Part shown: in pieces, positions 35,791-47,399 of the stretch | Position numbering within the stretch: position 1 is the stretch's first letter | Layout of the letters: each line of letters opens with the position of its first letter | Program-made: the position numbers and the translations under genes | Notes under the pieces: model-generated | What the model was told of the DNA's origin: nothing | Databases searched by the model: none | Seen by the model: only the letters and a program-made list of their open reading frames with translations | Source of the DNA: Felis catus | Lineage: Eukaryota | Direction of reading: 5' to 3' | Assembly: GCF_018350175.1 (NCBI RefSeq) | Contig: NC_058383.1 | Span: forward strand, 29,142,001-29,206,000 | DNA: 64,000 nucleotides

Positions 35791-38660
35791 AAAAGGATAT
35801 TTGCAAAAAACAAAGAAAAGACTTCCAAGGTAGGCAGTCAAGGCTTGTAGGATAGATCTGTGAAATGGACCCAGGCTCCTTCAGTCTTCCAGCGCTAGTT
35901 TCATTCATCCTGCCTGTTGTAAGGATGAAATGAGGGAAGTCTATAGAGTGCCCACCTACGGTCTACCTGCATCCAGAAAGGGCCCAGACCGAGGTGATTC
36001 GTGAAGGGCCACCGTCCAGACTCTACCTCCCAGGCTTCTTGCCAAACTCCCCCAGGAGATGCCGTTGTGCTATGACTTTTATTCCCTTCTCCCTTCCTCC
36101 CTCTCCCTTCCACAGCTCACACCCCCACCGACTCCACCAAATCCAGCCTGGAGAGTGACTACTCCTGCAAAACCAGAGGTCCCCAAGCCGGCTGTTGGGC
36201 TCCCAAAACGGTGAGGCTTCAGAGGAAAGGGGGCTTAATCCAGCCCCCCTCTTACGCTCTGAACCCCTCTGGAGTGATATCCTTGCCTCCTTCTCTACCT
36301 TCTCTCTGCACTGCTCTTGCTGAGGCAGAGCCCAGGGTTTGGAGCACTTGTCAGGTTCCCTGGTTTTGTCTTTGTCTGTGTCTGTCTTTCTTTGTCTTTT
36401 TTGTTTCCTTTTCCTTTTCCTTTTCCTTTTCCTTTTTTCTTTTCCTTTTTCTTTTTCTCTTTTAAAGAAATTGCATTAGTTGAACCCAATTTTCTCTCCC
36501 CAAAAGGAGTTGAAGTCAGGTTTATGGGACATGAGGAGGTTTTTGAGTGAATAAGCATCGTATTTTCTCCCGGTTTCCCTTTGAGCTTTTGAGGACTTTT
36601 CCTCTTACCTGACCAGAAAGACCTAAGGTCTGTACAGTGTCTTGAGAGCCTATTCTCCATGTGTATAACTGGGAGAAAAATCTAGGGAATGCTCCCCTGG
36701 GTTCCACAGTAATGTGTGCACCTAACTAAGGCAAGAATTGAGTCTCCCCTTGAGACTCAAGAATTGAGTCTCCCCTTGTATCCCTACAACCTTCAAGGAT
36801 GTAGGGATTTTTTTTTTTTCACTGTGGAAGAAGGTGGACTCCCAAATCATTTCACATACAATGAAAATCTCAGTTGTTCAGAATGGGTTGATAACGACCA
36901 AGGCCTTTCAGTGAAAACAAATATTCCAGGGAGAAACAAACAAACAAAAAAAGGACAAGTCCCAAGACTTTACTGATGAAAGATAAAATATGCCAATATT
37001 CTGGCTTGTTATTTTCGTTAGTGAACTAGGATATACAAGAACTTACAGAAGAATGCTGTGTTAACACGCTTTCTTAAATTTGAAAAATTGACTTAAATAG
37101 GTTTTTAGCATGACGTCGCAAACGCTTATCGGGTTCCTGCAGAGGAACTCTACCAGTATGAACGCTGTATGAGCAGAGAACTGTCTACTCATGTCTCCGC
37201 GAACACCTAATTTGAGAAGTCCAGCGTGCCCTGGGGAGGTAAGGCATGGAGAGGCCAAGCGCTCTGACTTTAGAAAGTTGTCACAACGAAATGACGCGTG
37301 GAGTGGTTTAACACCCTCTCCTCTGGGAAGGGAGAGCAGACTGAGCCTCGTGAGTGAGTGGGTGTGTGGGCACACACGCATATGCCCAGGGGGGCTTTGC
37401 GCGGGAGAGGAGGAAATTAACACTTCTGCTCTGATAAAGAACAGGAGCGTTTATAAAGCAGCAGGGAGGTGGGTATGTGCCTAGTTTGAGTCCTGGCGAT
37501 GAGTAATTGATGATCTTCAGCTTAGCGACAGAGTTATAGACCGGTACCCAGGTGATTGCTTTTCTCCACACCGAGCTCTGCCATTATATTCTCTATTAGG
37601 AATTTGATACGCTGGAAAGACAGAGTGAGTTGGCTGTTGGCTAACAATGGGCTTCTTGTGTCAACCGTAGGAAACATTACCTTGCGTTTTTGTGACCCTG
37701 GCATCAGTCTTTAGCCAGCGGCAACTTCCTAGCCCTCACCTTTTCAGACCCTGGGGGGTGGCCTTGTAACCCCAGAGCTAAAGCTGTGGGTACAAAAGTC
37801 ACTGGTCAAAGGGTGTCCGGGTGGGGACCCCGTGCGCGCCAGGATTCATTTGGGATGGTTTCCCTCTCTCAGCTTGGTTTCCCCCACCCCATGCTCTGTG
37901 TGCACCCACTTGTCACTGTCGTGGGTGGTCGTGTGTTTGCAGCGAAGCAGGACTGTTCTCTCTTATGTTTCATTGTGGGAGCCAGCCTCAACTGGAAGGC
38001 AGCGGGGGTCTGGGTGCATGGCTGTCTTGGGCTGGACAGGGAATCCAGTGAGGAGAGAACATGGTGGCCTCACCTTGTTTGTGGGGTGGGTCCCAGAATC
38101 TTCTGCGTGAAGCTGGTGCAAAAACTGAGCCCCGAAGAGGTTTCTAAGGGAAGCACCAGCTTGGGAGGAAACAGGTAGCCACTGGCCATGGTTTCTAAAA
38201 ACAGTGGCACAGCAAGGGAGTAATGACCAGGGTAGGCTCTCCGTCAGGTCAGTGGCCCAAGGAGGGAGGCTGGTGAGGGGACGTTTCAGGGACTCACCGA
38301 TGCATCTTTACTTTTTCCTCCTTAAAGATTTGGAAGAAAACTTGATTTTTTTTCCCCCTCTGTCTAATATTCAGCACTTTAAGAGACTTTTGTCCCAGAA
38401 GGATGTCCAGGTGTTTTGGGACTTCTCACCTGAGGCTTGGAAAGTGCCAGACAGGGTCATAACAGTGATAATAAGGACAGGCATTTATGTGGCCGTGCTG
38501 TGAGTCAGAGATTGCTCTAAGTGCTTTGTGTGTGTTTAACAGCTGACCCCTGGCTCAGAAGAGGTGGATAGAGGGGCTAGAGGCTGGTGGGGGTTAGCAG
38601 TCAGTAGCCTTCTTGCTGGGATCTGCCATCATTAGTTAGATGAATGAATTTCACTCCACA

Positions 38661-38689
38661 AACATCACACTCCTTTTTTTTTTAACTTG

Positions 38690-38742
<53 letters not shown>

Positions 38743-38744
38743 TA

Positions 38745-38808
<64 letters not shown>

Positions 38809-40059
38809 CATTTCCCCGATGGTGAGTGACGTTGAGCATCCTTTCATGTGTCTGTTGGCCATCTGGATGTCTTCTTTGGAAAAGTGTCTGTTCATGTCTT
38901 CTGCCCATTTCTTCACCGGATTATTTGGTTTTTGGGTGTTGAGTTTGGTGAGTTCTTTATAGAGTTGGACTTTGGTTTACTTTGGATACTAACCCTTAAT
39001 CAGATATGTCATTTGCAAATATCTCCTCCCATTCCATCGGTTGCCTTTTAGTTTTGTTGACTGTTTCCTTTGCCGTGCAAGGAATAGTTTTTACCTTCAT
39101 GAGGTCCCAGTCGTTCATTTTTGCTTTTATTTCCCTTGCCTCCAGGGACATGTCTAGTTAAATGTTGCTGCAGCTGAAGTCAAATGTTGTTGCCTGTTTT
39201 CTCCTCTAGGATTTTCATGGCTTCCTGTCTCACATTTAGGCCTTTCATCCATTTTGAATTTACTCTTGTGTAGGGTGTAAGAAAGTGGTCCAGTTTCATT
39301 TTCCTCTATGTCACTACCAAATTTTCCCAGCACAATTTGCTAAAGAGACTGTCTTTTTTCCAGGGGATATTCTCTCCTGCTTTGTCGAACATTAGTTGGC
39401 CACACAGTTGTAGGTCCGTGTCTGGGTTTTCTCTTCTGTTCCATCGATCTCTGTGGCGGTGTTTGTGCCAGTGCCATACTGTCTTGATCACTACAGCTTT
39501 ATAATAATAACTTGAAGTCTGGGATTGTGATGCCTCCCAGCTTTGGCTTTCTTTTTCAACATTGCTTTGGCTATTTGGGGTCTTTTCTGGTTCCATACAA
39601 ATTTTACGATTGTTTGTTCTAGCCCTGTGAAAAACACTGGTGTTATTTTGGTAGAGATCGCATTGAATGTGTATATTGCTTTGAGTAGTATAGACATTTT
39701 AAGAATATTTGTTATTCCAGTCTGTGTGCATGGGATGTTTTTCCGGTGTTTTTGGGTCTTCTTCAGTTTCTTTCATAAGGTTTTTACAGTGTTCAATGTA
39801 CAGACTCTCAAACTCTCAGCTATTCGCAGCTGACATGATACTCTGCATGGAGAACACAAAAGACTCCCCTGAAAAACTGCTAGAGCTGATATATCAATTC
39901 AGCAAAGTCAGAGGATATAAATCAATGTACAGAAACCGGTCGCGTTTCTATGCACCAATAATGAAGCAGCAGACCGAGAAATCAAGGGATCCATCCCATT
40001 TACAATTGCACCCCAAACCATAAGATACCTAGGAAGAAACCTAACATCACAATCCTTTT
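38661..40059 (-). mobile_element. Carnivore L1 insertion with 5' inversion (minus 38805-39808; inverted plus-strand RT segment 39808-40045) and 17-bp TSD
   Basis: Minus ORFs [24 protein letters not shown] and YYKAVVIKTVWHWHK; plus ORF LFAADMILCMENTKDSPEKLLELIYQFSKVRGYK; TSD aacatcac[ac/aa]tcctttt at 38661-38677 and 40043-40059. Confidence 0.9.
38691..38805 (+). repeat. (TA)n microsatellite, ~115 bp, lightly interrupted
   Basis: Seen directly. Confidence 0.97.
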
Positions 40060-40069
40060 AAAAACACTT

Positions 40070-41940
40070 GTTTATTCGAAAAATTTTTCCAGCTCTATTG
40101 CAATAGAATTGACATATAACATTGTGTCAGTTTGAGGAATACAAAGTGTTGATTTGATATACTTACATGTTGCAAAATGATTACCACCATATCTTAGCTA
40201 ATCCCCCGCATGGCATCCCGTGGTGTCACTTAATCATCTGTTCTTTTTCATGGTGAGAGCATTTAAGATCTACTGTCTTAAATACTTTAAAGGGGTGGGG
40301 GTGCTGAGTCGGTTAAGCTACGGACTTCAGCTCAGGTCGTGATCTCACAGTTCATGGGTTCCAGCCCTAAGCTTGGCTGTCTGCTGTCAGCACAGATCCC
40401 GCTTCTGATCCTCTCCCCCACCCCATCCTGCCCTTCCCCAGCTCATACTCTCTGTCTCTCCAAAATAAATAAAAACAAAAACACCTGAAAAACAAACACT
40501 TTTAATCATTTGATACAGTGTTAATAACTATAGTCATCATGTTATCCATTAGATCCCCAGAACTTATTTATCAAGATTTTTAAAATTTTTCATATTAAAA
40601 AAAATTTTTTTTCAACGTTTATTTATTTTTGGGACAGAGAGAGACAGAGCATGAACGGGGGAGGGGCAGAGAGAGAGGGAGACACAGAATCGGAAACAGG
40701 CTCCAGGCTCTGAGCCATCAGCCCAGAGCCTGACGCGGGGCTCGAACTCACGGACCGCGAGATCGTGACCTGGCTGAAGTCGGACGCTTAACCGACTGCG
40801 CCACCCAGGCACCCCTATTTTTCATATTTTTAAAGAGAAGAGCACGAGTGGGGAGAGGGTCAGAGGAAGAGAGAGAATCTCAAGCAGGCTCCATACTTAG
40901 TGCAGAGCTTGACACAGGACTCGATCCCATGACTCCGGGATCATGACCTGAGCCAAAATCAAGATTCAGACGCTTAACCAACTGAGCCACTCGGGTGCCC
41001 CTTATTGTGGTTTGGATTTGCATTTCTCTGATGATCCGTCGTGTTGAGCATCTGTATGTTTTCTGTGGGAAAATGTCTATTCAGTTCCTCTGCCCATTAA
41101 AAAAAATTTTTTTTAATGTTTATTTATTTATTTATTTATTTATTTTTAAATATTTTTTTTTTCAACGTTTATTTATTTTTGGGACAGAGAGAGACAGAGC
41201 ATGAATGGGGGAGGGGCAGAGAGAGAGGGAGACACAGAATCGGAAACAGGCTCCAGGCTCCAAGCCATCAGCCCAGAGCCTGACGCGGGGCTCGAACTCA
41301 CGGACTGCGAGATCGTGACCTGGCTGAAGTCGGACGCTTAACCGACTGCGCCACCCAGGCGCCCCAATGTTTATTTATTTTGAGAGAGAGACAGAGACAG
41401 AGACAGAGGGTGAGCAGGGAAGGCGCAGACAGAGACAGAGACACAGAATCCGAAGCAGACTCCAGGCTCTGAGCTGTCAGCACGGAGCCCGACATCGGGC
41501 TCGAACCCACAAACAGTGAGATCACGACCTGAGCCGAAGCGGGATGCTCAACCGACTGAGCCACCCAGGCGCCTCTCCTCTGCCCATTTTTAAACACGGA
41601 TTGTTTTCTACTGAGTTGTAGGAGCTCTTTATATAGTTTGGATATTAACCTCTTATCAGATGTATCATTTGCAAATATTCTCTCCCATCTCTGGTTGCCT
41701 TATCTTTTTGTGGATGGTTTCTTTGGCTCTGCAGAAGCTTTCTGGTCTGATGGAGTCCTGCTCGGTAATTTTTGCTTTTCTTGCTTGTGCTTTTGGTGGC
41801 ATATCCCAAAACTCATTGCCAAGACCATTGTCCAGGAGCATTTTTCTCTGTGTTTTCCTCTGGGAGCTTCTTTATGGTTTCAGTTCTTATCTTTAAGTCT
41901 TGAATCCATTTTGAGTTCATTTTTGTGAGTGGTGTGTAAT
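40070..41940 (-). mobile_element. L1MA-like 3' end/ORF2 fragments interrupted by five Can-SINEs (40291-40490 +; 40597-40815, 40830-41000, 41150-41365, 41380-41575 -)
   Basis: Antisense L1 (gaattgacatataacattgtg...; ggatattaacctcttatcagatgtatcatttgcaaatatt) with nested SINEs. Confidence 0.85.
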
Positions 41941-42699
41941 AGAATCTGTTGATGGCTTTGGGTGGCGTTGATGGCTTTTGGGTGGACAGGATGTCCGTCT
42001 TTAACTCCTCTCAGTCAAGGGGAATGTGTTTTGAGTCACTATCTGTTTATTGGTACCGGGGCTCCCGCCCTCGCTCCTTACATTGGGGAGAGAGTCTCAG
42101 GACCGTATGGAGTGAGAACACGCATGGAAAGGCCTTCTCGTCTCGAATCCACACTGAGGCCACCCCGTGTTCTGACTCTAAGTGCCCGGAGCCCTCCAAG
42201 GTGGTCGCTCCACTACTCCTGAGCCAAGGGTGGGGACCAGGCCCCTTCCCAGCAGCCAGAAAGAACGTTCTTAGTCTTGAGAGCCCTCACTCTACCCTCT
42301 GTCTCCCCACAGGGGCCTCTGCCAAGCCCCAGGCTCCTCCCCAGTCTTGGGGAACTGTTCCCAGCCCCCTCTTTAGCATGTCCACTTGAATCCCCCTACC
42401 CCACTCCATCCTTCTGCGATCTGGGACCATGCTTGAACTCCTCTTTTTGATTCTTACCTTCCTGGGTAGGCCTGGGGACTGAAATGCTCAAAGTGGCCTT
42501 GTCCCTTGACACTGTAATTGTTCCTTGTCTTCCACTAAGCAGGGACCAAACTTTGTCTAGCCCAGCACCTGCTACAATACAGGTGTCAGAACAATAACCT
42601 TGGGAAAGTTGCCCAGCCCCCCCCCCCCCCCCGCCCCGGACCTCAGTTTCCATGTCAATACGTTGGTTCAAGGTGCTTTCGCACCGTGTCCCAGTTCTC

Positions 42700-43090
42700 T
42701 CCCACAGTGCAGGCGTAGATGGAGCTTCAGGAGCAGCTGGATCCAGGCCCTCAAACGGGGTATCAGGAATCCGTTGTACTGACTCTAGTTTTCTCCGGGG
42801 TGGTTTCACACAAATGCAGGTTCTGTCCTCATAGCAGCAAGATGGCTGCCAACTTGTCAGCTTCCCTAGGGTAAGTCGCAACAGAAGCCCAGGTCAAGTG
42901 TCCTTGGTGCTGATGGGGTCATCTCTCCAGGCCTGAGCCAATTCCTGTGTCACATGGGATGCACTGCCTTGATTGGCCAGGCCACACCTGAACTAGGCGT
43001 GGTATTCTCCACCCAAACCTCTTGAACCGAGAGCGGGGAAGGGGCAAGTTCTCCAAAGAAAATCCGGCCTCGATGCCACAAAGAGGAGAA
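42700..43090 (-). mobile_element. Old MLT1 (J/K/L-like) LTR remnant
   Basis: gcttcaggagcagctggatccagg...agcaagatggctgcca...tgattggccaggcc...ttctccaaagaaaat resembles recalled MLT1K-type sequence. Confidence 0.5.
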
Positions 43091-43294
43091 AAGATGCCAC
43101 CGCTTCATCCATCGCCATCAGCCCCCACCCCGGCCACTGGCACGCCTTGACCGACAGCGCCTTCTTCCTCCTGCCCAGGTTCCTCCACTGCCACGGCACA
43201 GACCAAGGCGGTGGATGGGGCCCAGCCCCTGACCCACCATCTGGGCCTGGTGCAGGTGGATCCCCTGTCCGGGGTGGGGGCGGAGCAGGGGTCT

Positions 43295-43717
43295 CTACAG
43301 GACTGAAGAGCGTCCCTCAAATTCATGTCTACCTGGCACTTGTGAACGTGACCCAGAAAGAAGGCCTTGGCAGATGTAATCTGGTTCAGATGAGGTCACA
43401 CTGGATTAGGATGGGCCCTAAATCCAATGACCAGTGTCTTTATGAGAAGAGGAAAATTGGGACACAGACACGCACAGGGAGAAATGCCAGCTGACGACAG
43501 AGAGGGGACCGATGCCTCCATAAGCCAAGGAAGACCAAGGGCTTTTCACCCACCAGCAGCTGGATGAGGCCAGAAGAATTCTTCCCTAGAGTCTATAGAG
43601 GGAACACAGTCTTGCCAGCACTTTGACTTCGGACTTGTAGCCTCCAAGGTCGTGAGAGCATAAGCCACCAGTCCGTCTGTGACACTTTGTTACAGCAGCC
43701 CTGGGAGTCCAACGTAG
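43295..43717 (+). mobile_element. MLT1C-like MaLR solo LTR
   Basis: aaattcatgtctacc...gatgaggtcacactggattaggatgggccctaaatccaatgac...taagccaagga...tttgttacagcagccctgg. Confidence 0.85.
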
Positions 43718-44000
43718 GGGCTTTCCTGAGCCATGGACTTCTTGTCCTGTCCCCTAGAGACTTTGAGTGGGACCCTGGGCCCCTTTCCGGGAGAAGAAAT
43801 TCTCAGCCGACGAAAGGCTTTAGCAGAGAAGGCCACATTATGTTTGCAGCTGGGGCCACTTCAAAGGAGAGGCCGTATGGCATCTCCCTTGGGACATCAT
43901 CCTCACTGCACCCCCCCCCCCCCACCAGCCCTCCCTGGCTTGTTCAGGCTCACAGAGAAGTCTCTGCTTCTTTGTGAGAAGGCCTTGGGCAGCTAGGGCC

Positions 44001-44113
44001 TAGGGTGACCAGCTCATCCCCGTGTGCCCAGGACTGTCCCTTTTTAGCATTGAAAGCTCTGCATCCTCGGAACCCCTTGGTTCTGGGCAAGCCAGAAAGG
44101 ACGGCCCCCCTCA
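44001..44113 (+). mobile_element. MER81-like (hAT-Blackjack) MITE
   Basis: tagggtgaccagctcatccccgtgtgcccaggactgtccctttttagcattgaaag...ggaacccc...ctgggcaagcc. Confidence 0.7.
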
Positions 44114-44979
44114 CTAGGGCTGGGGTTTGTTACGGCTCCTTGGGAGCAGGTTGACAGGCTCGAATACTTTGTGTCCCATATGCCCATAGGCATTTTTTGA
44201 GCCTTTATCATGTGCCGATTTGTACCCGGTGCCTTATGAACTATCCAGTCTTCATAACACACCCATGAAGCAGGTGCCACATTGCCCCCACTTTATAAGC
44301 TGAGGCTCCAGGAGGTGAGCTGTGTAGACAGCAGGTCATATGCTCCGGCCACGTCGGCGGGGCCCAGGCTGCTTCCTCACTCTGTGCCCTCGCCCCTGCG
44401 TTGGATTCACCTTGGAGGGGGCACTTGTGGGGAGGGCTGACTTCCAGACGCTTTCCCCACCTACCGGATCGGTGTCTCCTGCCCACGAGGGTAGCACATT
44501 CCTTGCTTGGCCCCTGTGTGTGACCCCACGTGAGCCTCATGAGGGGCATCGCCAAGCAGTGGGCGGCAAGGACCCGGGAAGCTCACCGCTTGGGTTTTCA
44601 TTCCATGCCGATCGTGTGACCTTGGGCACGTCACCGCTCTGTGTCTAAGAGATGGGGGCAAGGGGCTGCGTGGGTTACGACTCTGGTGTTGGCATTATTG
44701 TTGAGGGGTTGTAAGGTGCAAGGTGCTGACCTCAGTTTCTGGAGTCAGATGGAGCGGGAAGCAAATGGCAGTAACCCCCCAGGGCAGTTTACCCTGAACT
44801 GGAGCCTCCCACCTGTAAAATGGGGGTAAGGCAGCATGTCTTCCTGGTGCTCCGGGCCAAGCACCCAACAAACATTGCTCTGATTGACACAGGGGCTCAG
44901 GCCAAGTCTGTGAGTCGTTTCAACTGTGGGCAAACCTCCTAGAGTTGTTTTCCTTCCGATCCGGAGCTAGGCTGAATCC

Positions 44980-45269
44980 TCTGTGGTCACCATCTTGAAA
45001 TTCCCGTTACTTTTTTTTTTTTTTAATGTTTATTTATTTATTTTGAGAGACAGAGGGGAAGGGGGGCAAGGAGAGAGGAAGAGAGCGCAGAGCCTGACGG
45101 GGGGGAGGGGCTCGAACCCACGAACCGCGAGATCATGACCTGAGCCAAAATCGAGAGTCGGACGCTCAGCCGACCGAGCCACCCAGGCGCCCCTTCCTGT
45201 TGCTTTTTCAACAAGATGGCCTGAATTTTCATTTGCACTGGGCCCCACAGATTTCATAGCCAATCCTGC
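44980..45269 (+). mobile_element. MER91-like (hAT-Tip100) fragment interrupted by a Can-SINE (45010-45193, -)
   Basis: caccatcttgaaattc...ttttcatttgcactgggccccacagatttcatagccaatcctg; degenerate TSD ttcc[c/t]gtt[a/g]cttttt. Confidence 0.65.
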
Positions 45270-45380
45270 CTTTGACAGGTATCTACAGACCACTGAAGGT
45301 GTGTGAAGCTGTGTGGCAGGGCCCGGGGATATACTGGTGGACGTAGGCTCTGTCCTCATGGAGTTGACACTGGAGGAAGG

Positions 45381-45830
45381 CTGCAGTGGGTTGAAGAGTG
45401 GCCCACTATGCACACTCATATCCCAGACCCGGGCAGCTGTGAACGCAGCCTTATTTGGAAATAGGATCTTTGCAGAAATCTAGATGAGGTCATTCTGGAT
45501 TTAGGATGGGCCCTACGTCCACTGACGGCTGCTCACAGAAGAGAGCGGATCTGAGGCAGACACAGACACAGAGGAGAAACACAGAGGGAAGGAGACAGAC
45601 AGAGGTCGGGACTGGGGTGATGTGTCTACAAGCTAACGAATGGCTGCTAACCATCAACGGCTGGGAGAGTCGTGGGATGGATTCTCGCCGGCAGCCTCCA
45701 GGGGGCGCCAGCCCTGCCGACTCCTTCCTCCCGGACTTTTGGCCTCCAGAACTGTGAGGGAGAAATTCCTACTGTTTGAGGCCCCCAAGATTGTGGTCGT
45801 TTGCTACGGCAACGCTAGAAAACTGACGTG
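45381..45830 (+). mobile_element. MLT1C-like MaLR solo LTR inserted in an L2 fragment (L2 ~45270-46020)
   Basis: gtgggttgaagagtggccc...ccttatttggaaataggatctttgcaga...gactttggcctccagaactgtgag...tttgctacggcaacgctagaaaactgac; L2-like flanks (ctgtcctcatggagttgaca; ggcatgggcaaagggcctgg). Confidence 0.85.
45692..45710 (+). promoter_or_regulatory. Predicted CTCF binding motif
   Basis: CAGCCTCCAGGGGGCGCCA versus core consensus TGGCCACCAGGGGGCGCTA; motif match only. Confidence 0.5.
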
Positions 45831-46774
45831 AGAACAGACAGACGTTGATGAAATCATCACGTGCGAAAATGTGAAATTGCTAGTGTGACAGGGGACGCGT
45901 GAGGTGCCTGTGCTGGGGAAGGGTTCTCTGGGACTTGAAGTCTGAGAAGGAGCTGATTAATGGGGGCAGGAAGAGCATCCCAGGCTGCGGGAACGGCATG
46001 GGCAAAGGGCCTGGGGTGGGAGTTCACAGTCTGTAAAATCGAGAGGAGACACCTGGCATCATTCAGGCTGATGTGTTCCTTTGGCCCCAGAGAGCTTTAA
46101 AAAGACACCAAACGGGAAAGCTGTCACCGCTTGTGGCAGTGGCAGCAACTTGGCACCTGAGGCTTCCACCCTACCCATTCCACATGTTTATGGTACCGGA
46201 CTGACCCCCGAAGGGAATCTGTTTACCAGGCCCTGACCCGCTGTAGCGTTTACCAGCGTCCTCTGACCCGGGGGAGCTGCTTCCTGGTTGCGCTGGCCGG
46301 AAGTGCCTGCGTGTTTGCTGTTCCCACCCACCAAAGGAGAGGGTTGTCGGCTTCCTCCACCTGGCTCGAGGCCTGGCTCCAGGTGTGGCTGCGTGAAGGA
46401 CCCCCAGACCTGCTGTTTCCGGGAGCAGAACGTGGCGGGAGCCAGCACGCAGTCTTGTGGTGCTGGCTGCAGGGGAGGGAGCCCCCCGGGCTGCCGGGAA
46501 GGACACGGATGGGGCCAGAGTGAGGCCAGCGGCACGTCCTGGGACACCCCCTCTCTGCGCCCTTTTTCCCGTCAATAAATCCAGACAAAACACTCTCATC
46601 AGCGTCTCCTCTGCAAGCCTGGCTACAGGAACGATCGCCTCGGTCAAGTAGCTGTGGGTGCGGATGAGAGGGTTGCACTTTCATTCACCAGAGACGTTTT
46701 CAGCAGCTGTTAGGTGCTCGGCGGACAAACACGAGACAGACATCTGTGCTCTCCTGGAGCCGACATTCCAGATC

Positions 46775-47377
46775 AGGGATCTGCCGACGACGGCCAGCAG
46801 GCCAGATCTGGCCAGTCGTCTGGCTTTGCGTGGATCAGCAGCAAAGAATGGCTTCGGCATTTTTATTTACTGATTTATTTTAATTTTTAAATATTTATTG
46901 ATCTGGCGGAGAGCACAGTGGGGGGGGGGCCAGAAAGAGGGGGACAGAGGGATCCAAAGGGAGCTCTGCACTGACAGGCCGACAGCAGAGAGCCCGGGGT
47001 GGGGCTCAAACTCACCGAGAGTTGAGACCATGACCTGAACCGAAGTCGGATGCTCAGCTGCTTGTTGACAAGTATCCAGGTGAAGCTGATCCTGTGGCCC
47101 AGAGGCCACACTTCTTGGACCACAACCTGCAATTTAACAAGATCCCCAGGGATCTCGTATGCCCTTAATTCGTTTGTTTATCTACCTACTTTGAGAGCGA
47201 GAGAGAGAGAGAGAGAGAGTGAGCGAGCAGGGGACGGAGCAGAGAGAGAACCACAAGCAGGTTCCCCGCTATCAGCACAGAGCCCGATGAGGGACTGCAA
47301 CTCAGGGGCCTTAAGATCATGACCTGAGCTGAAATCAAGAGTTGGACGCTCAGCCACCTGAGCCCCCCGGGTGCCCC
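46775..47377. mobile_element. MER58B-like start, two antisense Can-SINEs (46865-47060, 47170-47377) and a MER5-like fragment (47060-47170)
   Basis: cagggatctgcc...ggccagatctggcc...; cctgcaatttaacaagatccccagggatctcgtatgc; SINE bodies. Confidence 0.6.
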
Positions 47378-47399
47378 TCTTGTGTGCCCTTTCAAGTGG

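Noticed and set aside
38640..38962. (IY)n-rich ORFs
   Set aside because: Translation of the (TA)n microsatellite plus L1 sequence.
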